Source of the DNA: a virus
Taxonomy: Duplodnaviria > Caudoviricetes
Reading direction: 5' to 3' (one strand)
DNA length: 24,659 bases
IMG/VR virus record: IMGVR_UViG_3300032087_006588
Span: 1-24,659 of that record
Of this stretch, positions 1 through 9,668 are shown piece after piece (position 1 is the stretch's first letter; each line of letters opens with the position of its first letter). The notes beneath the pieces are model-generated. The model was given only the letters and a program-made list of their open reading frames with translations. It did not search any database and was not told where the DNA came from. The position numbers were made by a program, and so were the translations under genes.

Positions 1-337
1 TGAGCGTAGAAGCTCCTGTCCAGATTGCAACCTGCTGAGCAACTGGAGTTCCATCAGCGCTCAAACCACCTGTGATCGATCCGGCTGACAAAGCACCAGA
101 AACGTGAACGTTACCACCGAAAACAGCAGCTGTTGACCCACCGGTCTGAGTAGAACCAGAAACGAAGAAAGTTGCATCAGTTCCAGGCCAAGTAACTGAT
201 GATTCGCCACCGACAGAAGCCGGAACAGCAAACGCAGCCGCACCTGAAACATACATTACACCCTGTGAAACACTGTTGATTGTCTCAACATGATTTCCAG
301 AAGCAGAAATATGATTTAAAATTAAACCGCTTGACAT
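1..337 (-). CDS. Partial CDS (runs off the left edge): putative virion/fibre protein with the shared FFVSG...FGG module
   Basis: Not in the ORF track. My translation from ATG 337 is open to position 1: MSSGLILNHISASGNHVETINSVSQGVMYVSGAAAFAVPASVGGESSVTWPGTDATFFVSGSTQTGGSTAAVFGGNVHVSGALSAG... An AAGGAG Shine-Dalgarno lies upstream (+ strand ctcctt 348-353). The same module occurs in the 762-aa and 1832-aa ORFs. Confidence 0.85.
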   Translation of the reverse strand, partial: MSSGLILNHISASGNHVETINSVSQGVMYVSGAAAFAVPASVGGESSVTWPGTDATFFVSGSTQTGGSTAAVFGGNVHVSGALSAGSITGGLSADGTPVAQQVAIWTGASTL

Positions 338-372
338 TTTATTATTACTCCTTGATATTATAAAGTCAAACC

Positions 373-396
373 CACTTGGTCACCATGACGCAAGTG
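373..396. promoter_or_regulatory. Stem-loop in the intergenic leader
   Basis: CACTTG-GTCA (373-382), loop CCA, TGAC (386-389), one bulged G, CAAGTG (391-396). It is followed by TTTATTTT on the + strand. Function (terminator or leader structure) cannot be determined from sequence. Confidence 0.45.
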
Positions 397-427
397 TTTA
401 TTTTAATATATGACCTTACCAGACAGT

Positions 428-462
428 AATTGACTTGAATTGACTTGAATTGAATTGACTTG
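428..462. repeat. Tandem pentamer repeat A(A/C)TTG x7
   Basis: aattg acttg aattg acttg aattg aattg acttg read directly; ggacggacgg follows at 471-480. Confidence 0.85.
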
Positions 463-489
463 ATTATGAAGGACGGACGGATTTAAGTA

Positions 490-714
490 TTATTTAGACT
501 TTAAAAGAGACCTAAGAAGTCTCATCTGATTATCATACTGAGAGCATTCTGATGAAAGAAAGGATAAAGAATCTATTTCTATTTTTTCATTTTTTTTAAA
601 CGAAAAAAAATATTGTCCCTTTTCATTTTTTTCAACATTGACTATTTGATGTCCCTTTACTAAGAGATAGGCTGCTATTGAAATATCACTTATAGTGTAA
701 GTCTCTCTCTCCAT
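490..714 (-). CDS. Small hypothetical protein, resembles DUF5659-like phage proteins (possible DNA-binding)
   Basis: 74-aa ORF starting just after the 762-aa gene stop. The pattern 'SDISIAAYLLVKG...YFFSF' recalls DUF5659; this family call is from memory and tentative. Confidence 0.6.
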   Translation of the reverse strand: MERETYTISDISIAAYLLVKGHQIVNVEKNEKGQYFFSFKKNEKIEIDSLSFLSSECSQYDNQMRLLRSLLKSK

Positions 715-718
715 TTAT

Positions 719-3007
719 CTACTCTTCCTCTTCGTAAGGTAACAATGCAAACTTATACTTTTTGCCTGTGAGACGGTTTATAACCGTCAGATCATCAGCT
801 TCCTCAATTATTTGCCAGTGACCTCTTTCGTTTCTGAGGTGGAGGTCACCTGTATAAATATTGGCGAACCGGTTCTTTGGGCCGCCTAAGTTGTACTGCT
901 TATCTGCGCCTGGAAGAATACTGCCTGTGACCACCAACTCACTGCCATTGAAGGTGATATTGGATTCTGCAACGATGTTCCCAGAACCATCAGCCGTGAT
1001 CATCTGGTTGTCTTCTCCGCTACCACCCGAAAAGGCGGAGGCAGAAGAAGATATCGTTACCGCACCATTTGATCCCGTAACGATTGAAATGTTATCACCC
1101 GCAATGAGATATGATGTTCCATCCGCCAAATTCTGGAGAGATCCTGATAAACCTGTTCTACCGATCAAATCATTTGGAACATCGTTGGTTCTACCCGGAG
1201 ATGTTACGTAAACGATTCCGTTACTCGCAGATTTCAGAACGAATCCAACGTTTTGAATCAGATCATCAGATCCTGTGGGTTTTTGAGTGGTTAATCCACC
1301 TGAACCCGAAACGTATATGGTGTTTCCTACCGTGAAAAGTGAGGTATCCACACCTTCGAGGAATCCCATGAGAGAAGCATGCCCGTTACTTCCATCCAAA
1401 AGATCTTCAGCGAGTAAACCAGCTGCTGGCATTGTTGCGGCAAGAGATGCGGAACTGGCTGCGATGTAAGCGCGATCACCACCTGAATTGAATCCTGTGA
1501 TGTAAACCGGTGTTCCAGCGAGAAGATCCACACCTGAATTGTTTCTCACACTGATGTGAACACGATCGGCGTAATCAAAACTTAGAGAACCCGCACCATC
1601 TGTTTGAAGAAACTGGAATTTTGTACCCACATTTTCGGGAAGGGTAAAATTAAGGGAATCACTCATGCCTGTTGCGGCAAAAAGGTTAACAGATCCTCCC
1701 AAATCAGAGTGAAAACTTGCGGTGTGAGAAAAATGAACGTTACCAGAAACGTGAACATCACCACCGAACACCGAGGTTCCCTTAACCGTAGAATCCTTTG
1801 ATCCGATCGTACCTGATACGAAGAAGTAGGTATCGTTTCCTTGGGTATCCGCTGTATAATCGAATCCTAATCCACCTGCAAGAGAAAGTGATGCGGTTGT
1901 TACGAATTCACTCGGTTGCGGAACGTGGAAAGAACCCGATGTTACCGTTCCTCCACCTCCACTACCGGCAATAAGATCCCCGTTCGCATCGTACAGCGAT
2001 CCACTAATAACAACATCACCACCGAATACCGCCACACCTCGAGAAGTACTGTCCTTGGATCCTACTGATCCTGATACGAAGAAACCTACATCTGTGAAAG
2101 AAGATTCATCTGGTGAACTAGCAGCACCTCCAGAGAGTATTAGAACTTGATCTTGATCTGCGTCTACTTTTATGCCGGTCTTGTTTTGAGAAAAAACAGA
2201 AAAGTCCGAAGCGCCCTGTTGAACGTTGAACCTTGCTTCACCAGTACTTCCAAAATAAATGTCAGAATCAGAAGCTACTGCATTGTTAGTTCCTATAAAA
2301 AGAGAACCTGTGGTGGAAATAGCACCAGCTGCAGGGCCAAGCCATCCGATATCTTCTGCAGTACTAGCTCCTGATCCTACTTGAGTAGAAAGCATGTCAC
2401 CTACATAGATAAATGCTTTTGCCCTTATTGGTACTTTGCCAGAATCATAGTCCTGTACATAAAGTATCCCGTTATAGTAGTCAACGTACCAGTCTATCTC
2501 GTCTGTTAGACTTATTTGATCAGAAACGTCATCAGCCCCTGAATATATCGTACATTGATACGGGTTCGGAGCATCAAGAGAAAAAGCTGGAGGTATTATT
2601 TGAACACCACCCAGTGTTCCTGTTAGATGTTGACCGTTTTCAAAACCTCCGCTCCCAGCTTTTGAATTATCTGTGTCTGTTTCGTAGGATGATTTTAAAG
2701 AAAAATAGTAAGCATGATGACCTGCAGACTGGGCTGAGGCGTCGTCGTCATATGAGTTTGCATCAAAATAAGAGGCAGCAATCGGGCTTAGATCAAACTC
2801 TACATATTCAACTGAACTATTCTGAACTGTATTTAGTGTTTTAGAAGGACTTTGCGGAACAGTATCAGCAAATATTGTCTGTGCAGATATCTGTACCGCA
2901 CTACCAATTATCTCTTCATTGTCAGTAGCTGCATGAGAAGTGTGAGCCTTCGATAGAAGCTTCTTAGCAGAGAAATTAGTAAATGTTAAATTAGTTTTTC
3001 CAGCCAT
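719..3007 (-). CDS. Putative virion structural / tail-fibre-like protein (762 aa)
   Basis: G/S/T-rich with two FFVSG...FGGDV modules. The C-terminus 'NIYTGDLHLRNERGHWQIIEEADDLTVINRLTGKKYKF' is of a type I recall at the ends of fibre/structural proteins of large aquatic phages. AAGGA lies upstream. Confidence 0.7.
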   Translation of the reverse strand: MAGKTNLTFTNFSAKKLLSKAHTSHAATDNEEIIGSAVQISAQTIFADTVPQSPSKTLNTVQNSSVEYVEFDLSPIAASYFDANSYDDDASAQSAGHHAYYFSLKSSYETDTDNSKAGSGGFENGQHLTGTLGGVQIIPPAFSLDAPNPYQCTIYSGADDVSDQISLTDEIDWYVDYYNGILYVQDYDSGKVPIRAKAFIYVGDMLSTQVGSGASTAEDIGWLGPAAGAISTTGSLFIGTNNAVASDSDIYFGSTGEARFNVQQGASDFSVFSQNKTGIKVDADQDQVLILSGGAASSPDESSFTDVGFFVSGSVGSKDSTSRGVAVFGGDVVISGSLYDANGDLIAGSGGGGTVTSGSFHVPQPSEFVTTASLSLAGGLGFDYTADTQGNDTYFFVSGTIGSKDSTVKGTSVFGGDVHVSGNVHFSHTASFHSDLGGSVNLFAATGMSDSLNFTLPENVGTKFQFLQTDGAGSLSFDYADRVHISVRNNSGVDLLAGTPVYITGFNSGGDRAYIAASSASLAATMPAAGLLAEDLLDGSNGHASLMGFLEGVDTSLFTVGNTIYVSGSGGLTTQKPTGSDDLIQNVGFVLKSASNGIVYVTSPGRTNDVPNDLIGRTGLSGSLQNLADGTSYLIAGDNISIVTGSNGAVTISSSASAFSGGSGEDNQMITADGSGNIVAESNITFNGSELVVTGSILPGADKQYNLGGPKNRFANIYTGDLHLRNERGHWQIIEEADDLTVINRLTGKKYKFALLPYEEEE

Positions 3008-3058
3008 CTAGACAGTCCTTGATCCTCTTCGAATAAGTATTCAACATCTCAAAGATGA

Positions 3059-6000
3059 TTAGTAACTTACGTCTATTCTAGAAATGTAACCAGTCCAGTT
3101 TTTGTGAGCTGTGATCTTAAGAACTATCTTTTCAGCGCCAGTTCCAGTTCCGTTAACTGTCTGACCATTGAATGTCAAGTTATTAGAAGCTCCTCCTGCG
3201 TCAACAACTTGATCGATATCTCCGTTAAGACCACCGTCACCATCAGTTATGTTTCCTGATCCTGCTGTGGCTCTTCCTAGGTCGAGCCATCCGGTCTTGC
3301 CTGGAATCTTTCCTTCGATGTAAATGTTATCATTGGATCCTAGGGAGCCAGAAAGAGCTCCGGCTCTACCTATAATATTTGCATCTCCAAAAAGCGTCAC
3401 GTCTATGTTGAAGACATTGTTTACTGTGTTATTTTCAAAAGACCTGTAGTAGTGTCTGTGTGAAGAACTAACAGTGGGCAACGAAGAGTAGTTTACATTG
3501 CTAAGCGGAGAAATTAAGTCGGAAGATCCAACATCAAAATATGATCTAAAATCTCCGGAGCCAGGCAATCTTGAATCCTTGGGTGAGACAAGATTTCCGT
3601 TGTAGACAAGTAGCCCGCTGTAGTAGTTTGTATTACCAGAGTCGTTAATACTAAGAGTAGAATCCCAGTTACCAGAAATTATGTCCGACTGAGCTGTATA
3701 ATTTCCGCTAACGATTCTAAAGTCTTCTCTGCTAAATCTCTCAGAGGTAAATCTGTTTGTGCTTCCAAGAGAAGCACTAAACACCAAGAATTTCTTGTCA
3801 GAGTTTCCTCCAACATATATGTTGCCAGAACCTTGAGTTCCATCAAGTGGGTGCTTAACATCTATTTTAGCTGCAGCAGAGTGTGAAGTTCCTCCAATAG
3901 GAGAAGTACCAGGTATTGAAGTGCTTTGATTAAACTCTATTGTTCCTGTGACGAAAAGAGATCCGACGTTGACATCGGATAATCCTGTGTCCAACGCCGG
4001 TAGAGCCATCTGTCTAGAAGATGCGTCTTCAAGGACAGTTTTGGATCCTGTGATTTGAGTAAAAGAGACGTTATTGAAATTAGAGACGCTAGTAATCGAA
4101 ACAGCATCAGAGTCAGGTGAATATACGCTAGAGTACGCGTGATTCACCTGAGATTTAAATGAACCTGTTGGATCTTGAAAGTACTTGACCCCTGACTGAT
4201 AATAGAATCCTTGGGCGTTTGACTCTCCAAAAGATCCGAATTCTGAATTTGTTATATTAAGAGCGCTTGAGTCTGTATCTCTTACCCATTCTATGAGATT
4301 AGTATCAACCCAGGTAGTTCCGTTGTATATTTGAATCTTAACGTAGTTATGTCCAGCAACCATATCATCGGAACCAACACCAAAATCACCGGTTCTGTAC
4401 CATTTAGTAAAGTCAGAAACAAGTCCTGCACTGTCGGTTGGATTGGCAGCTGCAGAAATATTCAGAAAACCTGAGTCTGATGTTTTGCTTTCACCCGTCG
4501 TCGATGCATTTCTAAGATCCATGGTATGATGATCAACACCATTGAGAACCATTTTTATTTGTGTGTATGCCGGATCAGCAGAAAAAGCATCCGCCGGATA
4601 GTTGTTTCCATTGCTTGCTACATCATGATTTAAAGAGCCTGTTATTGAAACATCGCTTCCGATAACTCCGTATCTATTAGAAGCAACCGAAAATTCTTGA
4701 TTGATATCAGTTGCTGAACCTCCGCCCGAGGTTGACACGTTTGTGAATCCAGACAGAGTTTTTGAAGAACCGAAGCTAAGTTTTGCATCAACTCCCGAAA
4801 CCTCTGAGTTTATAGCGTCCAGGCCAGGAGCCTCTTGAAAAGCGCTTGAGTTTCCTGGAACAGTAAAAGTTATTCCTCCGATATCTCTTTCCAGAGAAGC
4901 ATCTGCCTCTATTTTGACTACGAGGTAGTCGTTTTTAGCCAGAGATCCTGTACCAAAAGTAAAGAAGTTCGAAGGCGAAGCACTTGAATCAAGATCGGGG
5001 TTGGATCTTCCACCATCTCTGTTTCCTGTTTGACCCAAAGTAAATGTATTACCCAGGTCCAACCACCCAGATCCTGGCTCTCCCGGTAGCTTGGCAAAAA
5101 CTCTTATGCTTGTTGAGTTAAGAGAATCTCCTGCTCCGACGATCGTAGGAATAGTAGTTGTGCCGGCATTAAGCTGAATCTTAAAGTTTGATACCGGCCC
5201 GGAAGAAACATTTTTAACTGCTCTGTAAAAAGTTCTCAAACCAGACTCCGAAGAATAGTCAGGTTGATTACTATAAATGTAGTCTATTCCAGTGCTATCT
5301 TGACCGAAATATCCGGAGCTTCCTAGGTCTGTGTCACTCTTGAAGTTTCCTCCGTTAATTGCCTCCAGTGGCGATATAAGAACTCCGTTGTAGAACTGAA
5401 GACCGTCACTATGGCCTCCATTACTAGCAGTCATGTGCTTAGTAGAGTCCCAAGAATAAGAACCGCTAAAATCAGTTTGAGAGTCAAAACTACCGCTCTG
5501 TATTCTGTAGTCTTCGTGATTAAATGATTCAAAAGTGTTAGTTGAAGAAAACGTTCCACTATATATTAAGAATCTTCCTGAGTTAACGGAACCTGCATTC
5601 GTCAATCCGGTTTTCGTTGGGTGAGCAACTGATATTGTCGCTGTAGATCTTGCACCAAGCATCGGTGTCGTCGTCGTTGCAAAAGAAGATGTTACATGAA
5701 TAGACTTATTAAAATCTTCACCCAGACCAGTGTTGATTGATGGAACAGTTCCAGGCGAAGGGGAAGTAGATCCGCAATTAGAAATAGAAGTAGTTATAGA
5801 GTTTTGAGCATAGACATGCTTGTAATAATTCTCTATTCTTACTCTGTGCTCTCCTGATCCTGTTACTGCATATCTCACACCTGACATATCGTACCTGTTG
5901 GTACCTCCGTCCAGTTGATCAACGTAAAATTCTGACTGATTAGCGCCTATAAGATTAGATGAATCAGTTCCGTCTTCGTCGTATACCCATTCTACAAAAT

Positions 6001-8557
6001 TAGTAGAAGTTGTTGTAGATCCTACTGTGTGCTTGACTTTTGCGTAGTTATATCCCTTCCTCTGAGAAGCTTCTGGTATAGTAAACTTACCAGTTCTATG
6101 CTGGAATATAGGAAAAGAAGTATCGCTTTGGGTTCTTGCACTGCCTGTTTGAGAAAGCTGTATGAAACCAGTCGACGAATGAACTGACGTACCGTAGTGA
6201 TTTGCCGTACCAGATCCGGGAACTCCATTTCCAGAGGCAGCATCAGTAAGATCAACAGAAACGATATCTGATCCGTTGACCTCCAAAGTAAGTGTGCCTT
6301 GATCTGCATCCCCAAAAGATTTTGCAACGTGGTTTGTTATCGCACCTGAGTTGTAATCAGAAACAGCAACGTCCGAGTTGAGATCTCCAGTTATCGTAGT
6401 TGAAGAATTGTAGATAGCTAGTCGTAAGTCTCCTGAAGATCCTGTCACCACACCGTAGCTTTGGTTGATGTTAACCGCAGAAAGAGAGCTTCCTCCAGGT
6501 ATATTTCCCTGAACAATGGTATATCCAGAAGGAACCACACCTGTTCCAAAAGAAAGCAGAGCGGTTGTACCTTGAGCTCCATCAGCGTCCACATTATCTA
6601 GTCCGGGAGCTGGAGAAGGTGCAAGAAACTTAAGAACTTCATTGATCTTGTCGATTGCAACACCAATCGTCGTCTGAGGTGTGAACGTGGTGAACAAACC
6701 GTCAGCGTAAGACCCATCTTCAGGGTTTCCTATAGTTCCGGTAAGGGCTGCAACTCCGGAGCCGTTATTGTTTAATATTCCAGCTTCTGTGAAATCTATT
6801 TGAGTAACTGATCCGATTGAAGTAGAGCCTGATGCTGCGGTGATTGAGCCGCCTCCGCTTCCGATTGTATTTCCAGATCCGTCGTACAAAGTACCGCTAA
6901 CTACGACATCGCCACCAAATATTGAAGTACCTCTAACTGATGAATCTTTAGATCCCGATGAACCAGAAACAAAGAAATTAACATCTGTTCCTGTTTGCTC
7001 ATCAGCAGAACCAGCAGCACCTCCAGAAAGAATAAGAACTCTGCCCGTTCCCGATGATTTACTTCCTGTTGCAACTAAGAAATTTGATTGGTGTCTATCA
7101 GAAAGAGCTATTGCCTGATTTCCAGTGTACTCAGATGTAGTTCCTCCTACCGATAGAATAAGCGATCCCGATTTAGCATTAATAAAGTTAGCAAAAGGAC
7201 CTCCCATCTGTGCTGTATTGTTCGGTCCGTATTTTTGAATGGATAGTTCGGATCCGTCTCCCGTGCTGTATCCTGAAAAACCTGCAACAAAAGTTTGAGA
7301 AATTGATCCGGCATTTCCAGCATCAGTCGAGCCTTGATTAAGCATCAATCCGATCTGGTTGTTGTGTGCAACGTTTCTTGTAATCTTAAGTGTACCACTA
7401 GTTGCTACGTCACCACCAAAGAGAGTAGAGCCTCTAGTTGCTTCATCCAGAGAGTTAGAAGAACCAGAGAAAAACACAGCAACATCGGCTGCCGATATCT
7501 CGTTAGGTGAACCAGGAGCACCCCCAGAAAGAAAAGTCATCCTTGGGCGCATTGACTCTGAGTTTGATTCACCTCCATCTCTAGGTAGAATATCAGCCCT
7601 CTTGGCGTTCATTCTGCTTGCGCCTTCTAGATGGATATAGTCAAAGATTGTATCTCCCCCAGAATCACTAAATCCCTGTATTTTGGTTGTGGCTCCTGAA
7701 GAAGCACTTCCAGAATTAAAAAACGAAATTGAATCTGTGTTAGAAAGTCTACCGATACCACCTAGAACTGAACTTTGATCATTTAATTTGTTCAGTATGA
7801 TGTTTTTGTAGCCTACCAAAGCACCTTCAGCGTATAAAGAGCTAGATACTACTAGCTCCCCCCCAAAAACTGATCTCGAGTGGTGACTTACTGAATCATT
7901 TTTTAACCCTGAATAGTTTGTCTTACTTGTTCCGGAAGCGAAAAAGAATACGTCAGATCCTGCGTTTTCAACTCCGTAACTTATTCCAAAGCCTCCTGCT
8001 AGAGAAAGAGAAGAAGTTGTAACAAAAGTTGTTGGAACTGCGTTTGAGTTATCAACCTCATTAAAAGATCCTGAGGTTACTGTTCCTGATCCTCCTCCTC
8101 CTCCACTTCCGACTTCGGTCACTCCATCGGTGTTTTTAAAGTAGAGTTTTGAAACCCCTCCGTCATCAGCAACGTAAACTACTGCTTGATTTCCAGCTAC
8201 ATCAGGTTCTGAGGCTTTCTCCTGAAGATACAGGGCTCCACTTATGTAATGATCTGAATTGACGCTAGTGTTAACCTCGGCAACGAACTTCTCCGCAAAG
8301 AAAGTACCACTAACGACGACATCGCCGCCGAAGAGAGTGACCTTAGATCTATCGTTTCCCTGTATAGAAGAATTGTTTCCGGAAACAAATAGATAAACGT
8401 CAGAACCTACGTTAGTAAGCATGTCCGACTGGTAGCCGCCCGCGAAATTAGTAGCGTCCGAAGCACTGTATATTAAAAGTGCCGGCTTTCCTGACTCAGA
8501 ACCGGAAATTACTATTTTTGAAGTTCTTATCTGATTTGCTTTAAAATCTTTTGCCAT
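3059..8557 (-). CDS. Large putative virion structural protein (1832 aa) with four N-terminal FFVSG/FGG modules and a C-terminal ~590-aa tandem duplication
   Basis: Long uninterrupted ORF, G/S/T/N-rich, with very little Cys. Paired motifs occur twice in the same order (see findings). AGGA Shine-Dalgarno upstream. Confidence 0.75.
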   Translation of the reverse strand: MAKDFKANQIRTSKIVISGSESGKPALLIYSASDATNFAGGYQSDMLTNVGSDVYLFVSGNNSSIQGNDRSKVTLFGGDVVVSGTFFAEKFVAEVNTSVNSDHYISGALYLQEKASEPDVAGNQAVVYVADDGGVSKLYFKNTDGVTEVGSGGGGGSGTVTSGSFNEVDNSNAVPTTFVTTSSLSLAGGFGISYGVENAGSDVFFFASGTSKTNYSGLKNDSVSHHSRSVFGGELVVSSSLYAEGALVGYKNIILNKLNDQSSVLGGIGRLSNTDSISFFNSGSASSGATTKIQGFSDSGGDTIFDYIHLEGASRMNAKRADILPRDGGESNSESMRPRMTFLSGGAPGSPNEISAADVAVFFSGSSNSLDEATRGSTLFGGDVATSGTLKITRNVAHNNQIGLMLNQGSTDAGNAGSISQTFVAGFSGYSTGDGSELSIQKYGPNNTAQMGGPFANFINAKSGSLILSVGGTTSEYTGNQAIALSDRHQSNFLVATGSKSSGTGRVLILSGGAAGSADEQTGTDVNFFVSGSSGSKDSSVRGTSIFGGDVVVSGTLYDGSGNTIGSGGGSITAASGSTSIGSVTQIDFTEAGILNNNGSGVAALTGTIGNPEDGSYADGLFTTFTPQTTIGVAIDKINEVLKFLAPSPAPGLDNVDADGAQGTTALLSFGTGVVPSGYTIVQGNIPGGSSLSAVNINQSYGVVTGSSGDLRLAIYNSSTTITGDLNSDVAVSDYNSGAITNHVAKSFGDADQGTLTLEVNGSDIVSVDLTDAASGNGVPGSGTANHYGTSVHSSTGFIQLSQTGSARTQSDTSFPIFQHRTGKFTIPEASQRKGYNYAKVKHTVGSTTTSTNFVEWVYDEDGTDSSNLIGANQSEFYVDQLDGGTNRYDMSGVRYAVTGSGEHRVRIENYYKHVYAQNSITTSISNCGSTSPSPGTVPSINTGLGEDFNKSIHVTSSFATTTTPMLGARSTATISVAHPTKTGLTNAGSVNSGRFLIYSGTFSSTNTFESFNHEDYRIQSGSFDSQTDFSGSYSWDSTKHMTASNGGHSDGLQFYNGVLISPLEAINGGNFKSDTDLGSSGYFGQDSTGIDYIYSNQPDYSSESGLRTFYRAVKNVSSGPVSNFKIQLNAGTTTIPTIVGAGDSLNSTSIRVFAKLPGEPGSGWLDLGNTFTLGQTGNRDGGRSNPDLDSSASPSNFFTFGTGSLAKNDYLVVKIEADASLERDIGGITFTVPGNSSAFQEAPGLDAINSEVSGVDAKLSFGSSKTLSGFTNVSTSGGGSATDINQEFSVASNRYGVIGSDVSITGSLNHDVASNGNNYPADAFSADPAYTQIKMVLNGVDHHTMDLRNASTTGESKTSDSGFLNISAAANPTDSAGLVSDFTKWYRTGDFGVGSDDMVAGHNYVKIQIYNGTTWVDTNLIEWVRDTDSSALNITNSEFGSFGESNAQGFYYQSGVKYFQDPTGSFKSQVNHAYSSVYSPDSDAVSITSVSNFNNVSFTQITGSKTVLEDASSRQMALPALDTGLSDVNVGSLFVTGTIEFNQSTSIPGTSPIGGTSHSAAAKIDVKHPLDGTQGSGNIYVGGNSDKKFLVFSASLGSTNRFTSERFSREDFRIVSGNYTAQSDIISGNWDSTLSINDSGNTNYYSGLLVYNGNLVSPKDSRLPGSGDFRSYFDVGSSDLISPLSNVNYSSLPTVSSSHRHYYRSFENNTVNNVFNIDVTLFGDANIIGRAGALSGSLGSNDNIYIEGKIPGKTGWLDLGRATAGSGNITDGDGGLNGDIDQVVDAGGASNNLTFNGQTVNGTGTGAEKIVLKITAHKNWTGYISRIDVSY

Positions 8558-8566
8558 CTTAGTATC

Positions 8567-9289
8567 CTATTTTCCTGGCGCTACTATTAAAAAGTCACCG
8601 TTGACTTTCTCCATTGTTCCGCTCACTTGGCTGTGAATCCCTTCGGCAGAAAGAGAACCTGTTATTTGAAAACCATCTCCGGAGAAAGTTATTCCATCTT
8701 TGTCAATCAATTTTACAAAGTTACAGCTTTTTGAGTCAGAAAAAACTCTTGTTGTAAAAATCCCTGGAAAAGGAGCTTCGGTTCTAAGTCCTGGAGTTGA
8801 AAAAGAGCCTGTTAGTGTTGATTGAGCAACACCCAGGGATACTTCTTTCGGAGAAGATTTAGTGTACATTACTTCGCTAATGACCAAATTAGTCTTGCTT
8901 GTTGAAGTACCTCCAAAAGAAACTGTAATTTTCTCCCCGACTATATCTCTGGAGAGATTGACAGTGTCTCCAAAACCGACAGCCGCTGTAACATTTACGC
9001 TGCCACCATCTGTTCCGTTAATTGCGTCCGTCACATCAGATCGCCAGTCATTTCCAGAAGAAATATCATTAACGTTTATTTTTGAATCATCTCCAGAAGA
9101 ATTCGTAAATTCTATTGTTCTAGAAGTACTTCCGGCTGAAATTGTTATCGTGGCTCCTACTATGTCTGAAAGATCTCCTCCTGGGATATCAACGTGACTA
9201 GGCAAGATGAGGTTTGCTGAAGTCACTCCGGGAGGATCAATTTTGTTTGAAACCTTTCCGGATATCAGTGTAAAGCTACTTAATCTCAT
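8567..9289 (-). CDS. Hypothetical protein, probably structural (240 aa)
   Basis: ATGA overlap with the upstream 117-aa gene; S/G/T-rich beta-type composition like its neighbours. Confidence 0.65.
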   Translation of the reverse strand: MRLSSFTLISGKVSNKIDPPGVTSANLILPSHVDIPGGDLSDIVGATITISAGSTSRTIEFTNSSGDDSKINVNDISSGNDWRSDVTDAINGTDGGSVNVTAAVGFGDTVNLSRDIVGEKITVSFGGTSTSKTNLVISEVMYTKSSPKEVSLGVAQSTLTGSFSTPGLRTEAPFPGIFTTRVFSDSKSCNFVKLIDKDGITFSGDGFQITGSLSAEGIHSQVSGTMEKVNGDFLIVAPGK

Positions 9290-9639
9290 GAGACAATTCT
9301 TAGAACCACTATGTCAACCGTGCCCGTAAAGGGAGCACTTGCTTCTATTTTTACTTGACTGACTGTTGTACCTGAGGTATCGACAGCTAATGTAACCATT
9401 GCAGAATCATTATCAGTTGTATCTCTAGGACTTAAAAGAATTCTAAGTTGATCAATGCTTCCTGGAAAAGGAGCATCAAACTGGACCGTCTTTGTCGACT
9501 CATTTTTAAACTTTGCTGAAAGTACTTCTACTTCCATTTCTGTTTCACCAATAAAAGAATTGGCTTTTTTAGCCCTTATTAGAGGATACTTCTTGGTAAA
9601 GCGATTCCTGTCTATAATTTTTGATCTTATTTTTGCCAC
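9286..9639 (-). CDS. Hypothetical protein (117 aa), basic N-terminus plus small beta-rich domain
   Basis: GTG start with GGAGG Shine-Dalgarno (+ strand cctcc 9646-9650). 'VQFDAPFPG...ILLSP...SAPFTGTVDIVVL' is loosely reminiscent of H-type-lectin-like fibre domains (weak). Confidence 0.65.
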   Translation of the reverse strand: MAKIRSKIIDRNRFTKKYPLIRAKKANSFIGETEMEVEVLSAKFKNESTKTVQFDAPFPGSIDQLRILLSPRDTTDNDSAMVTLAVDTSGTTVSQVKIEASAPFTGTVDIVVLRIVS

Positions 9640-9668
9640 TTCACACCTCCCAGATAAATATCATCTTG

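Noticed and set aside
61-252. 63-aa minus-strand ORF in the track
   Set aside because: It is an alternative frame inside the better-supported partial CDS 1-337, which has an RBS and the family module.
428-480. Possible CRISPR array
   Set aside because: The units are 5 bp with no spacers, and there are no cas genes.
581-632. Homopolymer A/T runs in the 74-aa gene as a frameshift or phase-variation site
   Set aside because: They are explained by Phe/Lys/Asn codons in AT-rich DNA; the ORF is intact and nothing requires a shift.
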